From the NCBI GenBank assembly GCA_963805975.1, contig CAWDVR010000001.1, positions 1,280,001 to 1,344,000 of the forward strand: DNA of 64,000 nt. The letters run 5' to 3'. The notes beneath the pieces are model-generated. The model was not told where the DNA came from and did no database searches. It was given only the letters and a program-made list of their open reading frames with translations. Each line of letters begins with the position of its first letter. Position 1 is the stretch's first letter. Made by a program: the position numbers and the translations under genes. The DNA comes from an uncultured Acidobacteriota bacterium. GTDB taxonomy: Bacteria > Acidobacteriota > Thermoanaerobaculia > Multivoradales > SZUA-115. This document shows, piece after piece, positions 22,255 to 35,330 of this stretch.

Positions 22255-22284
22255 TTGCGGGAAAGACGCTCCGTCCGCTATACT
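22255..22284 (+). promoter_or_regulatory. sigma70 promoter of the rimP operon
   Basis: TTGCGG-N18-TATACT. Confidence 0.6.
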
Positions 22285-22313
22285 TGCCCGGCTTACTGAC
22301 CTCCGCTGCAAGG

Positions 22314-22340
22314 AGAGTGGGCACTATGCCCACTTTTTTT
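22314..22340 (+). terminator. rimP-leader hairpin/attenuator
   Basis: AGAGTGGGCA-CTA-TGCCCACTTTTTTT hairpin plus U-tract, the GGGC..GCCC leader commonly seen upstream of rimP. Confidence 0.85.
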
Positions 22341-22398
22341 GTTGGGGCGGATGAAGTCTGAAACCCAAAAGGAACGCTAGCGCTTGATCGGTTCGACG

Positions 22399-22890
22399 AT
22401 GGCCGTGGAGTACCCTGCTCTCACTCCGGAGATCACCCGTGAGCTGGCTGCGATCGCTGCCGGCCAGGGGTGTGAGCTGGCGCACGTCGAGTTCAAGGGC
22501 AGCATGCTGCGCCTGATCCTCGACCGGCTCGACGGCGGCGTCAACATCTCCGACTGCGAGGCCGTCGCCAAGCAGGTCTCCGCGCTGCTCGACGTGGTCG
22601 AGTTCAGCGAGAGCCGTTACACGCTCGAGGTGAGCTCTCCGGGGCTCGACCGCGAGCTTTACGGGCCGCGCGACTACGAGCGCTTCCAGGGCCGCGCCGT
22701 GCGCGTCACCTACTTGCAGCCGGAGAACGGCGCCAAGCGCACCGTGACCGGCCGGCTGACTGCCTTTCGGCCGGCCGCGGGCAGTGGGGTCGGTGGTGGC
22801 AGCATCGAGGTCGCCGCGGACGACGGCAAAGAGATTCTCGAGATCCCCTTGGACCGCATCAAGACCGCCCGGCTCGAGATCGAGCTCTAG
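22399..22890 (+). CDS. rimP: Ribosome maturation factor RimP
   Basis: GVNISDCEAV and YTLEVSSPGLDREL; upstream of nusA. Confidence 0.95.
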   Translation: MAVEYPALTPEITRELAAIAAGQGCELAHVEFKGSMLRLILDRLDGGVNISDCEAVAKQVSALLDVVEFSESRYTLEVSSPGLDRELYGPRDYERFQGRAVRVTYLQPENGAKRTVTGRLTAFRPAAGSGVGGGSIEVAADDGKEILEIPLDRIKTARLEIEL

Positions 22891-22915
22891 AGTGCAGAAG
22901 CAATAGGAACGAGAA

Positions 22916-24430
22916 ATGCCGCAAGCACAAACTGCCGAGATCAACCTCTCCGAGATCATCAAACAGGTCGCCCGCGAGAAGGACATCGACGTCGGGCGCT
23001 GGACTGCCGCGCTCGAGGACGCCATGGCCTCGGCCGCCAAGAAGCAGCACCGCATCAAGGAACCTGTGCGCGCGAGGCTCGATTCGGCAACCGGCAAGTT
23101 CGAGGCCTTCATCGTCAAGCAGGTGGTCGAAGAAGTGCAGGACCCGCTCGCCGAGTGGACGGTCGAGGAAGCCCGCGACCACAAGCCCGACGCCGAGGTG
23201 GGCGACGAGATCCTGCTGCCCATCCCCACCGAGGGCCTGGGCCGCATCGCTGCCCAGTCGGCCAAGCAGGTGCTCTATCAGCGGGTGCGGGAAGCCGAGC
23301 GCGAGAACATCTACAACGAGTACGCCGGCCGCGTCGGTGAGGTGCTGAACGGCACGGTCAAGCGCTTCGAGCGCGGCGACATCATCGTCGACCTGGGGCG
23401 CACCGAGGCCATCGTGCCGAGGAGCGAGCAGGCCCGCCACGAGCGCTACAGCCAGGGCGAGCGCATCCGCGGCGTGATCGTCGACATCCATACCCAGCCC
23501 AAGGGGCCGCAGATCGTCCTCTCGCGCACCGACCCCCGTCTCCTCGTCAAGCTCTTCGAGATGGAGGTGCCGGAGATCTACGACGGCACGGTGGTGATCA
23601 AGAACGCGGTGCGGGCACCCGGCGAACGGGCCAAGGTGGCGGTGATGAGCCGCGAGCGCGACGTCGACCCGGTGGGCGCCTGCGTGGGCATGAAGGGCTC
23701 GCGCGTGCAGTCCATCATCCGCGAGCTGCGCGGCGAAAAGATCGACATCATCGAGCACAGCGACGACCTGGTGACCTTCGCCCAGAGCGCGCTGGCGCCG
23801 GCCAAGATCACCCGCGTCTCCGTCACCCACTTGGGCGAGGTCCCGCACCTCGACGTGATCGTCGAGGACGAGCAGCTCTCGCTCGCCATCGGCAAGCGCG
23901 GCCAGAACGTGCGCCTGGCCTCGGAGCTGATCGGCGCCAAGATCGACATCAAGAGCGAGACCGACGTCAAGGACGAGGTGGCCGACGCGCTCGCCAAGAT
24001 GCTGCAGACCGCCTTCGCGCAGGCCACCAGCGACGCGGCCGGGGAGGAGCTGGACCTGACCGAGGTGCCTGGCGTGACCTCGGAGATGGCCGCCGCCCTC
24101 CAGGAGGCCGGTTACGACACGGTCGACGCGCTGCTCGAGGCCGATGTCGCCGTTCTCGAGCAGATCGAGGGCGTCGACAGCCAGGCGGCGCAGGCCCTCC
24201 TCGACTGGGCGCAGGAAAGAGAAGAGACGCGCAAGGCGGACCTCGACCTGGGTCTCGGCGGGGCGGTCGAAGAGCGCTCGGCGACGATGGGCGACAGCGA
24301 CTTCATGGCCGCGCTCTCGAAGGCGTTCCAGGAGAGCGAGGCGGTCCGCACCCGGCACTCGGGTGACGACGAGGCCGAAGAAGCCGAGCCGGAGCCAGAG
24401 GCCGCGACCGAGGTCGAAGAGAAGAGTTGA
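22916..24430 (+). CDS. nusA: Transcription termination factor NusA
   Basis: GRIAAQSAKQV, VPEIYDG, DPVGACVG and LSLAIGKRGQN. Confidence 0.97.
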   Translation: MPQAQTAEINLSEIIKQVAREKDIDVGRWTAALEDAMASAAKKQHRIKEPVRARLDSATGKFEAFIVKQVVEEVQDPLAEWTVEEARDHKPDAEVGDEILLPIPTEGLGRIAAQSAKQVLYQRVREAERENIYNEYAGRVGEVLNGTVKRFERGDIIVDLGRTEAIVPRSEQARHERYSQGERIRGVIVDIHTQPKGPQIVLSRTDPRLLVKLFEMEVPEIYDGTVVIKNAVRAPGERAKVAVMSRERDVDPVGACVGMKGSRVQSIIRELRGEKIDIIEHSDDLVTFAQSALAPAKITRVSVTHLGEVPHLDVIVEDEQLSLAIGKRGQNVRLASELIGAKIDIKSETDVKDEVADALAKMLQTAFAQATSDAAGEELDLTEVPGVTSEMAAALQEAGYDTVDALLEADVAVLEQIEGVDSQAAQALLDWAQEREETRKADLDLGLGGAVEERSATMGDSDFMAALSKAFQESEAVRTRHSGDDEAEEAEPEPEAATEVEEKS

Positions 24431-24482
24431 AGCGGGCGCATTACAGTTTTCTGCCTCAGCAGTTCTGATTTCAAGGAGCTCT

Positions 24483-27221
24483 ATGGGAAAGATTCCGGTC
24501 CAGGACCTGGCGAAGATGATGGGCATTTCGAACCAGGATCTGGTCTTCAAGCTGCGTTCGATCGGTGTCCGTGTCGAGGGTGACAACGCCCACATCGACA
24601 CCGACATCATCTCGGCGATCTTGCAGGGCAAGAAGCTGCCGCATCCGCGGGAGGTCATCCTGCGCGACGAGCAGCCTCCCGGCACCGCGGCGCAACCGCG
24701 ACGGGCGGCCCCGGTGCCGGTCCGCCGGCCACCGCCGAGCCCGCTGCGTCCCAACCGCCCGCGGACCCTGATCCAGCGGACGGACCGCATCCAGACACTG
24801 CCGATGGTCGAGCGCCCGCTGCTGCCCTCGTCGGTGCCTCATCAGGCCCAGGCCTATGCCGCCGAGCCGCAGGTGGCCGAGGTGGAGATGCCTCAGGCGC
24901 CGGTCGCCGCCGCCCCGCCCGCGGCGTCGCCCCCGCCGCTGGTCACCTCCCGCGCCGGAACTCCCAGAGCGACCATCATCAGCCGGCCGCCACCGGGGTC
25001 CACCTACCGGCCGGCGACGCCTTCCTCCAGACCGCCGGCTCCGGGCTCCAGGCCGATGTCTCCCGGCTCGCGGCCGATGTCTCCCGGCTCGCGCCCTTCC
25101 GGACCTCCGGGATCGAGGCCGCCAGGGCCGCCGGGATCGAGACCCGGCCTGCCCGGCTCTCGCCCCTCCTCCTCGGCGCCCGATCCGCGACGGGTCGAGC
25201 GGCGTGACGCGCCGGCGGCGCCGCCACCGCGGGGAGACGACAAGGACAAGAAGGGCAAGCGTCCCAAGAAGCCCGGCACTCTGCGCGCCGTTCCGGACGA
25301 GGATCTGGGCGCTTACCTGGGTTCGCTCCGGTCGATCGAGGAGGTCGAAGAGGTCGAGGACGTCGGCATCGCGTCAGGCCGCCGCCGGCGGCGCGCCGAG
25401 CGCAAGGAAGAGGCCGACCGCGGCAACGGCAAGGTGCTGCAGTTCCGCGAGGCGGCTCCTTCCGGCCCGGTGATGATCTCCGAGGGCATGACCGTCCGCG
25501 ACTTCGCCGAGAAGCTCGGGGTCAAGACCAAGGATCTGATCAAGGCCCTGTTCCAGCGCGGCATCCTGGCCAACATCAACCACGTCCTCGATGCCGAGCT
25601 CGCGCAGCAGCTCGGCTCCGAGCTGGGCATCGAGACGATGGTGGTGAGCTTCGAGGAGGAAGTGCAGCTCAAGAAGGAGCTCGCCACCGGGCAGGAGCTC
25701 GCCAACCGCGTGACGCGGGCTCCGGTGGTCACCATCATGGGTCACGTCGACCATGGCAAGACCTCTCTCCTCGACGCCATCCGCTCGTCGAAGGTCGCCG
25801 AGGGCGAGCACGGCGGCATCACCCAGCACATTGGCGCCTACCAGGTGCGGGTGGGCGAACGCTCGGTGGTCTTCCTCGACACGCCGGGCCACGAGGCCTT
25901 CACCATGATGCGCGCCCGTGGCGCCCGTGCCACCGACATCGTGGTCCTGGTGGTGGCGGCCGACGACGGCGTGATGCCGCAGACGCTGGAAGCCATCAAC
26001 CACGCCCGCGCCGCCAAGGTGCCGATTGTGGTGGCGCTCAACAAGATCGACAAGGACAACGCCAACCCGGACCGGGTCAAGAAGCAGCTCTCCGACAACG
26101 GGCTGCTGATCGAGGAATGGGGCGGCGAGACCGTGCTGGTACCTCTCTCGGCGACCAAGAAGGAAGGCATCACCGCGCTCCTGGAGATGATCCTGCTGAC
26201 CGCCGACCTGCGCGATCTCAAGGCGAGCCCGGAGATCCCGGCCCAGGGCACGGTGCTCGAGGCGCGCAAGGACATCGGCCGCGGCATCGTCGCCACCGTG
26301 CTGGTGCAGAACGGTACGCTGTCGGTGGGCGACCTCTTCGTCTCCGGCGCCACCTGGGGACGGGTCCGCGCCATGGCCGACGACCTCGGCAAGCGCATTC
26401 CGCAGGTCGGCCCTTCGACGCCGGTCGAGGTGACGGGCTTCGGCGAGCTGCCGGAGGCCGGTGATCTCTTCCAGGTGGTCGAGGACGAGGCCAAGGCGAG
26501 GAGCATCGCGGATTTCCGCCGCCAGGAGCAACGGCGGCGCGATCTCGCCCCCTCGGCCGGCCGGCTGTCTCTCGAGCAGCTCTTCAACCGCATCGAAGAG
26601 GGCGAGATCAAAGAGCTGCCGGTGATCGTCAAGGCCGACGTGCAGGGCTCGGTCGAGGTGCTCAAGGACACTATCGAGAAAGCCTCGGGCGACAAGGTCA
26701 AGGTACGGGTCATCATGGCTTCCGCTGGTGCCATCTCCACCAACGACGTGCTCCTGGCCTCGGCCTCGGGCGCGATCATCATCGGTTTCAACGTGCGCCC
26801 GGAGAGAAATGCGTCCGAGCTCGCGGACAAGGAAGGCGTGGACATCCGCCTCCACACCGTGATCTACGAGCTGACCGACGAGCTGCGCAAGGCCATGGTC
26901 GGCCTGCTCGAGCCCACCTGGGAGGAGTCGGTCAAGGGACGGGCCGAGGTGCGCGAGATCTTCAAGGTACCCAAGGCGGGCATGGTGGCCGGCTGTCACG
27001 TGGTCGAGGGCGTGGTGCCGCGCAACGCCCAGGTGCGCCTGCTGCGCGACAACGTGGTGGTCTACGACGGCCGCATCTCTTCTCTCAAGCGCTTCAAGGA
27101 CGACGCCTCGGAGGTGCGTGCTGGCTTCGACTGCGGCATCTCGCTGGACCGCTTCCAGGACGTCAAGCCCGGCGACATCATCGAGGCCTACATCAAGAGC
27201 GAGGTCGCAGCGACCCTCTAA
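24483..27221 (+). CDS. infB: Translation initiation factor IF-2
   Basis: [20 protein letters not shown] and NKID; ATG 24483 follows an AAGGAG RBS; Pro/Ser/Arg-rich linker. Confidence 0.97.
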   Translation: MGKIPVQDLAKMMGISNQDLVFKLRSIGVRVEGDNAHIDTDIISAILQGKKLPHPREVILRDEQPPGTAAQPRRAAPVPVRRPPPSPLRPNRPRTLIQRTDRIQTLPMVERPLLPSSVPHQAQAYAAEPQVAEVEMPQAPVAAAPPAASPPPLVTSRAGTPRATIISRPPPGSTYRPATPSSRPPAPGSRPMSPGSRPMSPGSRPSGPPGSRPPGPPGSRPGLPGSRPSSSAPDPRRVERRDAPAAPPPRGDDKDKKGKRPKKPGTLRAVPDEDLGAYLGSLRSIEEVEEVEDVGIASGRRRRRAERKEEADRGNGKVLQFREAAPSGPVMISEGMTVRDFAEKLGVKTKDLIKALFQRGILANINHVLDAELAQQLGSELGIETMVVSFEEEVQLKKELATGQELANRVTRAPVVTIMGHVDHGKTSLLDAIRSSKVAEGEHGGITQHIGAYQVRVGERSVVFLDTPGHEAFTMMRARGARATDIVVLVVAADDGVMPQTLEAINHARAAKVPIVVALNKIDKDNANPDRVKKQLSDNGLLIEEWGGETVLVPLSATKKEGITALLEMILLTADLRDLKASPEIPAQGTVLEARKDIGRGIVATVLVQNGTLSVGDLFVSGATWGRVRAMADDLGKRIPQVGPSTPVEVTGFGELPEAGDLFQVVEDEAKARSIADFRRQEQRRRDLAPSAGRLSLEQLFNRIEEGEIKELPVIVKADVQGSVEVLKDTIEKASGDKVKVRVIMASAGAISTNDVLLASASGAIIIGFNVRPERNASELADKEGVDIRLHTVIYELTDELRKAMVGLLEPTWEESVKGRAEVREIFKVPKAGMVAGCHVVEGVVPRNAQVRLLRDNVVVYDGRISSLKRFKDDASEVRAGFDCGISLDRFQDVKPGDIIEAYIKSEVAATL

Positions 27222-27276
27222 CGGGGTCGCCCGAGGAACAGCCCGCCGCGCGCCGCCGCGCGGCGGCCCTCCCACC

Positions 27277-27570
27277 ATGGTCGTCGGTATCTCCATCTGT
27301 GAGCTCCACCTGCCCCACGCGCACAGCCTCAAGGACAAGCGCCGGGTAGTGAAGTCGCTGGTCGAGCGCATCCACCAGCGCTTCCGGGTCTCGGTGGCCG
27401 AGACCGCGTTCCACGACCTGCACCAGCGGGCGGAGATCTCGATCGCCGTCGTGGCCCAGGCCGAAGGTGAGGTCGAGAGCCTGATGCAGAAGATCCGCGG
27501 CCTCTTCGACGACGAGGTGGAGGCCTATGTCACCTCGTGGGAGCCGCAGTTCCTGGAGAGCGGAGCATGA
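27277..27570 (+). CDS. DUF503 (YlxP-like) protein
   Basis: SLKDKRRVVKSL...FRVSVAE; located between infB and rbfA. Confidence 0.9.
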   Translation: MVVGISICELHLPHAHSLKDKRRVVKSLVERIHQRFRVSVAETAFHDLHQRAEISIAVVAQAEGEVESLMQKIRGLFDDEVEAYVTSWEPQFLESGA

Positions 27571-27920
27571 GCCGGCGCACCGACCGGGTGGCGGACGTGG
27601 TGCGGGCGGAGCTGGCGGAGATCCTGCGCCGCGACCTGTCCGACCCGCGGCTTTCGCTCGCCACAGTGAGCGAGGTCGACCTCTCCCCCGACCTGCATCT
27701 CGCCCGGGTGCGCGTTTCGGTTCTGGGGAACGAAGAGGCACGAGAGCAGGCGATCGCCGCCCTGCGCCGTGCCGCCGGTTTCGTGCGCCGTCAGCTCGGC
27801 CGGCGCCTGAAGCAAAGAGTCACTCCGGAGCTCGCCTTCGAGCTCGACCACAGCGCGGAGTACAGCCAGCAGATGTCGGACCTTCTGGAGGAGCTGCACC
27901 GTGACGATCACCATTCCTGA
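27567..27920 (+). CDS. rbfA: Ribosome-binding factor A
   Basis: RTDRVAD, VSEVDLSPDL and RVTPELAFELD. Confidence 0.95.
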   Translation: MSRRTDRVADVVRAELAEILRRDLSDPRLSLATVSEVDLSPDLHLARVRVSVLGNEEAREQAIAALRRAAGFVRRQLGRRLKQRVTPELAFELDHSAEYSQQMSDLLEELHRDDHHS

Positions 27921-28875
27921 AGAGCTGCTGCGCCGGCTCCGCACCGGCAACCGCTTCCTGCTCACCAGCCATGCCAACCCGGACGGCGACGCCATCGGCT
28001 CGGAGATCGGCCTCGCCCGCATCCTGCGCGGCCTGGGCAAGAGCGTGACCATCTGGAACCGCGACCCGGTGCCGGCGATCTACCGCGCCCTGCCCGGAAG
28101 CGACCGCATCCACACCGGCACCGAGCCGCCCACCGGGTTCCCCGACGCCTTCGACCTGACGGTGGTTCTCGAGTGCCCGAGCCTCGACCGCACCGGACTC
28201 GAGGACCACCTCGACGGCACCTCGCTGATCAACATCGACCACCACCTCGGCAACCAGCACTATGGCGGGGTCAACTGGGTCGATCCGGCGGCGCCGGCCG
28301 CGGGCGAGCTGATCTACCGCCTCGCCCAGGGGCTCAAGGTCCGGCTCGACCGCGAGACCGCGACCGCCCTCTACCTGACGCTGGTCACCGATACCGGCGG
28401 CTTCCGCTACTCGAATGCCAACCCGGCCGCCTTCGAGGCCGCCGCGGCCCTGGTGCGCGAGGGAGCGCGGCCGGAACAGGTCTCGGAGTGGCTGTACGAG
28501 AGCTATCCGCTCGCCATGATGAAGCTCCTGGGCGAGATGCTGCCCACGCTCGAGATCGCGGCCGACGGGCGCGTGGCCTCGGCCGTCGTCACCCTCGACA
28601 TGATGACGCGGGCAGGCGCCGCTCCCGGGGACACCGAAGGCTTGACCGACTACCCGCGCTCGATCGCCGGGGTGGCGGCCGCCGCCCTGCTGCGCGAGAA
28701 GGAGCCGGGCCGGTTCAAGGTCTCGCTGCGCAGCCGCGGCGAGATCGACGTCGAGAAGGTGGCCAGCCGTCACGGCGGCGGAGGCCACCGGAATGCCGCG
28801 GGCTGCGAGCTCTCGGGATCGGCGGACGAGGTCCGGAAACAGATCGTGACCGAGCTCGCGACTGCCGTCGCCTGA
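27901..28875 (+). CDS. nrnA: DHH-family bifunctional oligoribonuclease/PAP phosphatase
   Basis: HANPDGDAIGS, NIDHH, TDTGGF and GGGGHRNAAG. Confidence 0.9.
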   Translation: MTITIPEELLRRLRTGNRFLLTSHANPDGDAIGSEIGLARILRGLGKSVTIWNRDPVPAIYRALPGSDRIHTGTEPPTGFPDAFDLTVVLECPSLDRTGLEDHLDGTSLINIDHHLGNQHYGGVNWVDPAAPAAGELIYRLAQGLKVRLDRETATALYLTLVTDTGGFRYSNANPAAFEAAAALVREGARPEQVSEWLYESYPLAMMKLLGEMLPTLEIAADGRVASAVVTLDMMTRAGAAPGDTEGLTDYPRSIAGVAAAALLREKEPGRFKVSLRSRGEIDVEKVASRHGGGGHRNAAGCELSGSADEVRKQIVTELATAVA

Positions 28876-28876
28876 G

Positions 28877-29818
28877 ATGATCGCCGGAGCCTCCAACGTG
28901 ACCGAAGAGCTGCGCCACGGCGTCCTGCTGATCGACAAGCAGCCCGAGTGGACCTCGCACGACGTGGTGCAAAAGGTCCGGCGGCTGATCCAGGAGAAGA
29001 AGGTCGGCCACTGCGGCACCCTCGACCCCGCGGCCACCGGACTCCTGGTGGTCACGGTGGGCCGCGCCACGCGCCTCACCCGCTTCCTGATCCGGGCTCC
29101 CAAGGTCTACGAGGGCACGGCGCGGCTGGGCATCGCCACCGACAGCTACGATGCCGAGGGCAAGGTGATGGCGGAGCGGCCCGTCGAGGGCGTGACCCTC
29201 GAGCGCGTGTCGGCGACCATGAAGGGTTTCGAAGGCGCCTTCGAGCAGCTTCCGCCGCCCTTCTCGGCGAAGAAGGTCGGCGGCGTCAAGCTCTACGAGC
29301 TGGCGCGTCGTGGCGAGGAAGTGCCGCAGGAGGCGAAGACCGTCACCGTGTTCGAGTTCGCCTCCACGAGCGAGCTCGAAGGGGAGAGCGTCGGCTTCCG
29401 GCTCGCCTGTTCCTCGGGCACCTACGCCCGCGCCCTGGTCCACGACCTGGGCACGCGGCTGGGCTGCGGCGCGCACCTCTCGGCGCTCCGCCGGCTCTCC
29501 GTCGGACCGTTTCAGGTGGGCGATGCGCTGACCCTTCCCGAGCTGGCGGCGAAGCTCGATGCCGGCCTCGAGCTGGGCACGGCCTGGCGGCCCTTCGACG
29601 AGGTTGCCCTGCCGTTCGCGGAAGTAACCATCGACGCCCAGCAGGAGCAGCGCATCCAGCACGGCCAGACCGTCCTGGTCCGCGATCTCCAGGGCGGTGA
29701 AGGAGACTGGGTGAAGCTGATCAACCTGCGGCGGCAGTTCGTCGCCGTCGGCACCGTGACCGAGCGCATCGGTAGCGCCGGGGTGGGTGTGGTGCAGCCC
29801 AAGGTCGTGTTCAAGTAA
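28877..29818 (+). CDS. truB: tRNA pseudouridine(55) synthase
   Basis: IDKQPEWTSHDVV, GHCGTLDP and CSSGTYAR. Confidence 0.95.
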   Translation: MIAGASNVTEELRHGVLLIDKQPEWTSHDVVQKVRRLIQEKKVGHCGTLDPAATGLLVVTVGRATRLTRFLIRAPKVYEGTARLGIATDSYDAEGKVMAERPVEGVTLERVSATMKGFEGAFEQLPPPFSAKKVGGVKLYELARRGEEVPQEAKTVTVFEFASTSELEGESVGFRLACSSGTYARALVHDLGTRLGCGAHLSALRRLSVGPFQVGDALTLPELAAKLDAGLELGTAWRPFDEVALPFAEVTIDAQQEQRIQHGQTVLVRDLQGGEGDWVKLINLRRQFVAVGTVTERIGSAGVGVVQPKVVFK

Positions 29819-29873
29819 TCCGCTGTGGTAGGATCCACCGCGTTCCAGCAGGCCCGTTTTTAGGGAGGAATTC

Positions 29874-30146
29874 GTGTTGTCTCAGAGCATAGAAGCCAAA
29901 GCCAAGATCATTCAGGACTTCCGGCGCCACGACCACGACTCGGGCTCCCCCGAGGTGCAGGTGGCGCTCCTGACCGGCCGCATCACCGAGCTCACCGATC
30001 ACTTCAAGACTCATCCCAAGGATCATCACAGCCGTCGCGGACTGTTGAAGATCGTCGGTCAGCGCCGCCGCCTGCTCGACTATCTCAAGAAGAAAGATCT
30101 CGAGCGCTACCGCTCGACCATCGAGCGTCTCGGTATTCGCAAGTAG
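29874..30146 (+). CDS. rpsO: 30S ribosomal protein S15
   Basis: [13 protein letters not shown] and [10 protein letters not shown]. Confidence 0.98.
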   Translation: MLSQSIEAKAKIIQDFRRHDHDSGSPEVQVALLTGRITELTDHFKTHPKDHHSRRGLLKIVGQRRRLLDYLKKKDLERYRSTIERLGIRK

Positions 30147-30263
30147 CCGCGGACCGCCGCGCCCGCACTCTCGCAGCCCGAGCGCGGTTCACCGAAAATC
30201 AGCAACGTCGAAGGCCCGGCTCTCGCGATCGCGAAGGGCCGGCCTGCACACCAAGGAACCCTC

Positions 30264-32543
<2,280 letters not shown>

Positions 32544-32546
32544 TCT

Positions 32547-33318
32547 GTGACCCCCGCCGGCATCGACTGCGAGGCCCTCGTCGCCTATCTCGACGAGTAC
32601 CTGCAAGCCGGCCGGGGGCGTGACTTCGGCCCCAACGGGCTCCAGGTCGAGGGAGCCCGCCGCATCAACCATCTGGTGACCGGCGTCTCCTCCTGCCTCC
32701 CGCTCTTCGAGAGTGCGGCCGAGGTGGGCGCCGACGCCGTTCTCGTCCACCACGGCCTGCTGTGGGACAACGAGCCCCGCGTCCTCACCGGCGTGCAGTT
32801 CCGGCGCGTCGAGGCCCTGATCCGCCACGGCCTCCACCTCCTGGCCTACCATCTGCCCCTCGACCGGCATCCGGAAGTGGGCAACAACGCGGTGGCCGCC
32901 GGGCTGCTGGGGTTGGTCGACGTCGAGCCGTTCGCGCCCTTCGACGGCCTGCCCCTGGGCTTCGCCGGCCGCTTCTCCGCAACCGATCTCGCCCGGCGAG
33001 CTCCTGGCACGCTGCTCCGACGTCTTCGAGCAGGCGCCGCTCGCCTTCACCTACGGCCCCGAGCGCGTCTCTTCGTTGGGCATCGTCTCCGGCGGCGCGC
33101 AGCGCGAGCTCCACGCCGCCATCCGCCAGGGCCTCGACGCCTACGTGACCGGCGAAGCTTCCGAGTGGGTGATGAACGTGGCGCGCGAGGCCGGCATCCA
33201 CTACCTCGCCTGCGGCCACTACGCCACCGAGCGGCTCGGCGTCCGCGCCCTGGGCGAGCACCTGGCCGAGCGCTTCGGCATCGAAGTGACGTTCATCGAC
33301 GTACCGAACCCCGTCTAA
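32547..33318 (+). CDS. Nif3-like dinuclear metal-centre protein (apparent +1 frameshift at about 32976)
   Basis: NGLQVEG, VHHGL and YHLPLD.H; C-terminus YVTGE...GHYATE...DVPNPV in the shifted frame. Confidence 0.88.
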
Positions 33319-33332
33319 GCGCGCGACGCGGG

Positions 33333-33730
33333 CTAGTTCACGTAGGCGAAGCCGTCGCTGCTGGCACCCCAGTGCAGCCCCACGATCCGCGGCTCGTCTT
33401 CAGCCGAGACCAGCGCCGAGCCCGAGTCTCCAGGAGCCGTCAACTCGATCGTCTGCCAGCGGATCTGCTTTTTCATGGTGAGCTCACCACAGCAGAAGCC
33501 GCCTTGGCTCGGTGGCGGAGCCTCCACCGTGAAGTTCACGCTCTCGATGATCCCGGTGGTGAGGCCGGTGGTCCGGCCGCTCTTCTGTACTTGATCGCCG
33601 GGCGCCCCCGTTGACGAGGCGCACCGGAGCTTCCCGCTCCACGCGGACCGGCACACCTTCGAGGGCCGGCGGTAGGGCGGGGAGCGATCCGGTCTCGCTC
33701 GCGAGGAGCACGAACTCCAGGTGAGGAGGC
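33333..33730 (-). pseudogene. Remnant of a trypsin-like (Nal1/alpha-lytic-type) serine protease
   Basis: Propeptide-like LPPALEGVPVRVE in one frame joined out of frame to VQKSGRTTGLTTG...GDSGS...VGLHWG; no His/Asp half. Confidence 0.6.
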
Positions 33731-33811
33731 GCTTACGGTTCTCTACCGGCCGTCGCCGGCCTTCGCTAGGATGGCTTCCTGATGCCCCGACCGATCGAGG
33801 GAGGCTTTCCC

Positions 33812-34564
33812 ATGGCACGGCCTATCAAGCGACTCGTTGTTCTCGCAGGGCTGGCGCTTCTCCTGCCTTTACCGGCAGCTCGCGGCACGGAGGAGGTTTC
33901 CGACCTCCTCCGCCGCCAGACCCAGGAGATGCTCGACGCGGTTGCCGTGGGCGGGGCCACGGTCTGGGAGCGCTACCTCGACCCCAAGGCGGCCTACACC
34001 GCGGAGGACGGCACGGTCTACACCAAGTCGAAGCTGGTAGAGGGCATCAAGCCGCTGCCGGAGGGCGTGTCCGGCACCATCCGGGTGATCGACTTCCAGG
34101 CCACGGTCCACGGAAACGTGGCGATCGCCAACTACGTGGCCGACGAGCACGAGGACTACCACGGCCACGAGCTGCACTGCCAGTACCGGAACACCGATAC
34201 CTGGCTTCAGACTCCCGAGGGCTGGCGACTGATCGCCGCCCAGGCCCTGGCGCTGCGCACTGACCCGCCCGCGGTGCCGCTCACCGACCGCCAGATGGAC
34301 GAGTATGTGGGTCGCTATGCGCTGACGCCGTCCATCACCTACGAGATCCGCCGCAAGGGCGATGGCCTCGAAGGCCAGCAGGTGGGCCGCCCCGCGGAAG
34401 AGCTGCGTGCCGAGGCACCGGACGTGCTCTTCGTGCCCGGCAGGCCCCGGTACCGCAGGATCTTCCAGCGCGGGCCGGACGACGGCATCACGGCCTTCGC
34501 CGAGCGCCGTGAGGCCTGGGACCTCGGCTGGAAGCGGCTGCCCCCTACTCCGCCGCCTTCCTGA
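33812..34564 (+). CDS. Exported DUF4440 (NTF2-like) protein with C-terminal DUF3471-like domain
   Basis: Signal peptide; TDTWLQTPEGWRLIAAQ; MDEYVGRYAL; alternative start 33782. Confidence 0.75.
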   Translation: MARPIKRLVVLAGLALLLPLPAARGTEEVSDLLRRQTQEMLDAVAVGGATVWERYLDPKAAYTAEDGTVYTKSKLVEGIKPLPEGVSGTIRVIDFQATVHGNVAIANYVADEHEDYHGHELHCQYRNTDTWLQTPEGWRLIAAQALALRTDPPAVPLTDRQMDEYVGRYALTPSITYEIRRKGDGLEGQQVGRPAEELRAEAPDVLFVPGRPRYRRIFQRGPDDGITAFAERREAWDLGWKRLPPTPPPS

Positions 34565-35330
34565 ACAACCGGAAGAAGTTCGCCGTCGTCCGGGCCGCCA
34601 TCTGCTCGAAGGTCTCGCCGCATTCCTCGGCCAGCCGCTGACCTACTTCCCACACGTAGGCCGGGCGGTTGGGCTTGCCGCGGTAGGGGATCGGCGCCAG
34701 GTACGGAGTGTCGGTCTCGATGAGCGCGCGGTCGGAAGGCAGGGCGGGGATCACCTCGCGAACGTTGTCGGCCCGGGGAAAGGTGATCATGCCGGAGAGG
34801 CCCAGGTAGAAGCCGCGCTCGATCAGCTCGCGGCCCATCGCGAGGCCGCCGGCGAAGGAGTGGAAGTCGGCCTGGAGGTCGGCGAACTCGGGCCGCCGCA
34901 CCATCTCCAGCATCGCCTCGTTGCTGTCGCGGTTGTGGACCACCACCGGCAAGCCCAGCTCGATGGCGAGCGACCATTGCTGGGCGAGCGCACGCTCCTG
35001 CACGTCCCGCGGCGAGTGGTCGTAGTAGAAGTCGAGGCCACACTCCCCCACCGCCACGGCCTTGGGGTCCACGAGCAAGCCTCGCAGGCGCTCACGGCTG
35101 TCATCCTGCCAGCTCGAAGCGTCGTGGGGATGGACACCGAGCGCGCACCACACGTCCGGGTGGCGGTGGCAGAAGGCGAGGATGTCCTCGGCATCTTCCA
35201 GTCGCACGGCCGGCAGCAGGAAGCCGTGGACACCGCGCGCCCGCGCCTCGTCGAGAGCGCGCTCGCGTTCGTCAGGAGGTAGGTTCTGCAGGTGGCAGTG
35301 GGAATCGACGAGAGTCGGCGCGTCGCTCAC
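34545..35330 (-). CDS. tatD: TatD family hydrolase
   Basis: VDSHCHL, GVHPH, VGECGLDFYY and ETDTPYLAP; GTG start overlaps the metG stop. Confidence 0.93.
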   Translation of the reverse strand: MSDAPTLVDSHCHLQNLPPDERERALDEARARGVHGFLLPAVRLEDAEDILAFCHRHPDVWCALGVHPHDASSWQDDSRERLRGLLVDPKAVAVGECGLDFYYDHSPRDVQERALAQQWSLAIELGLPVVVHNRDSNEAMLEMVRRPEFADLQADFHSFAGGLAMGRELIERGFYLGLSGMITFPRADNVREVIPALPSDRALIETDTPYLAPIPYRGKPNRPAYVWEVGQRLAEECGETFEQMAARTTANFFRLFRKAAE

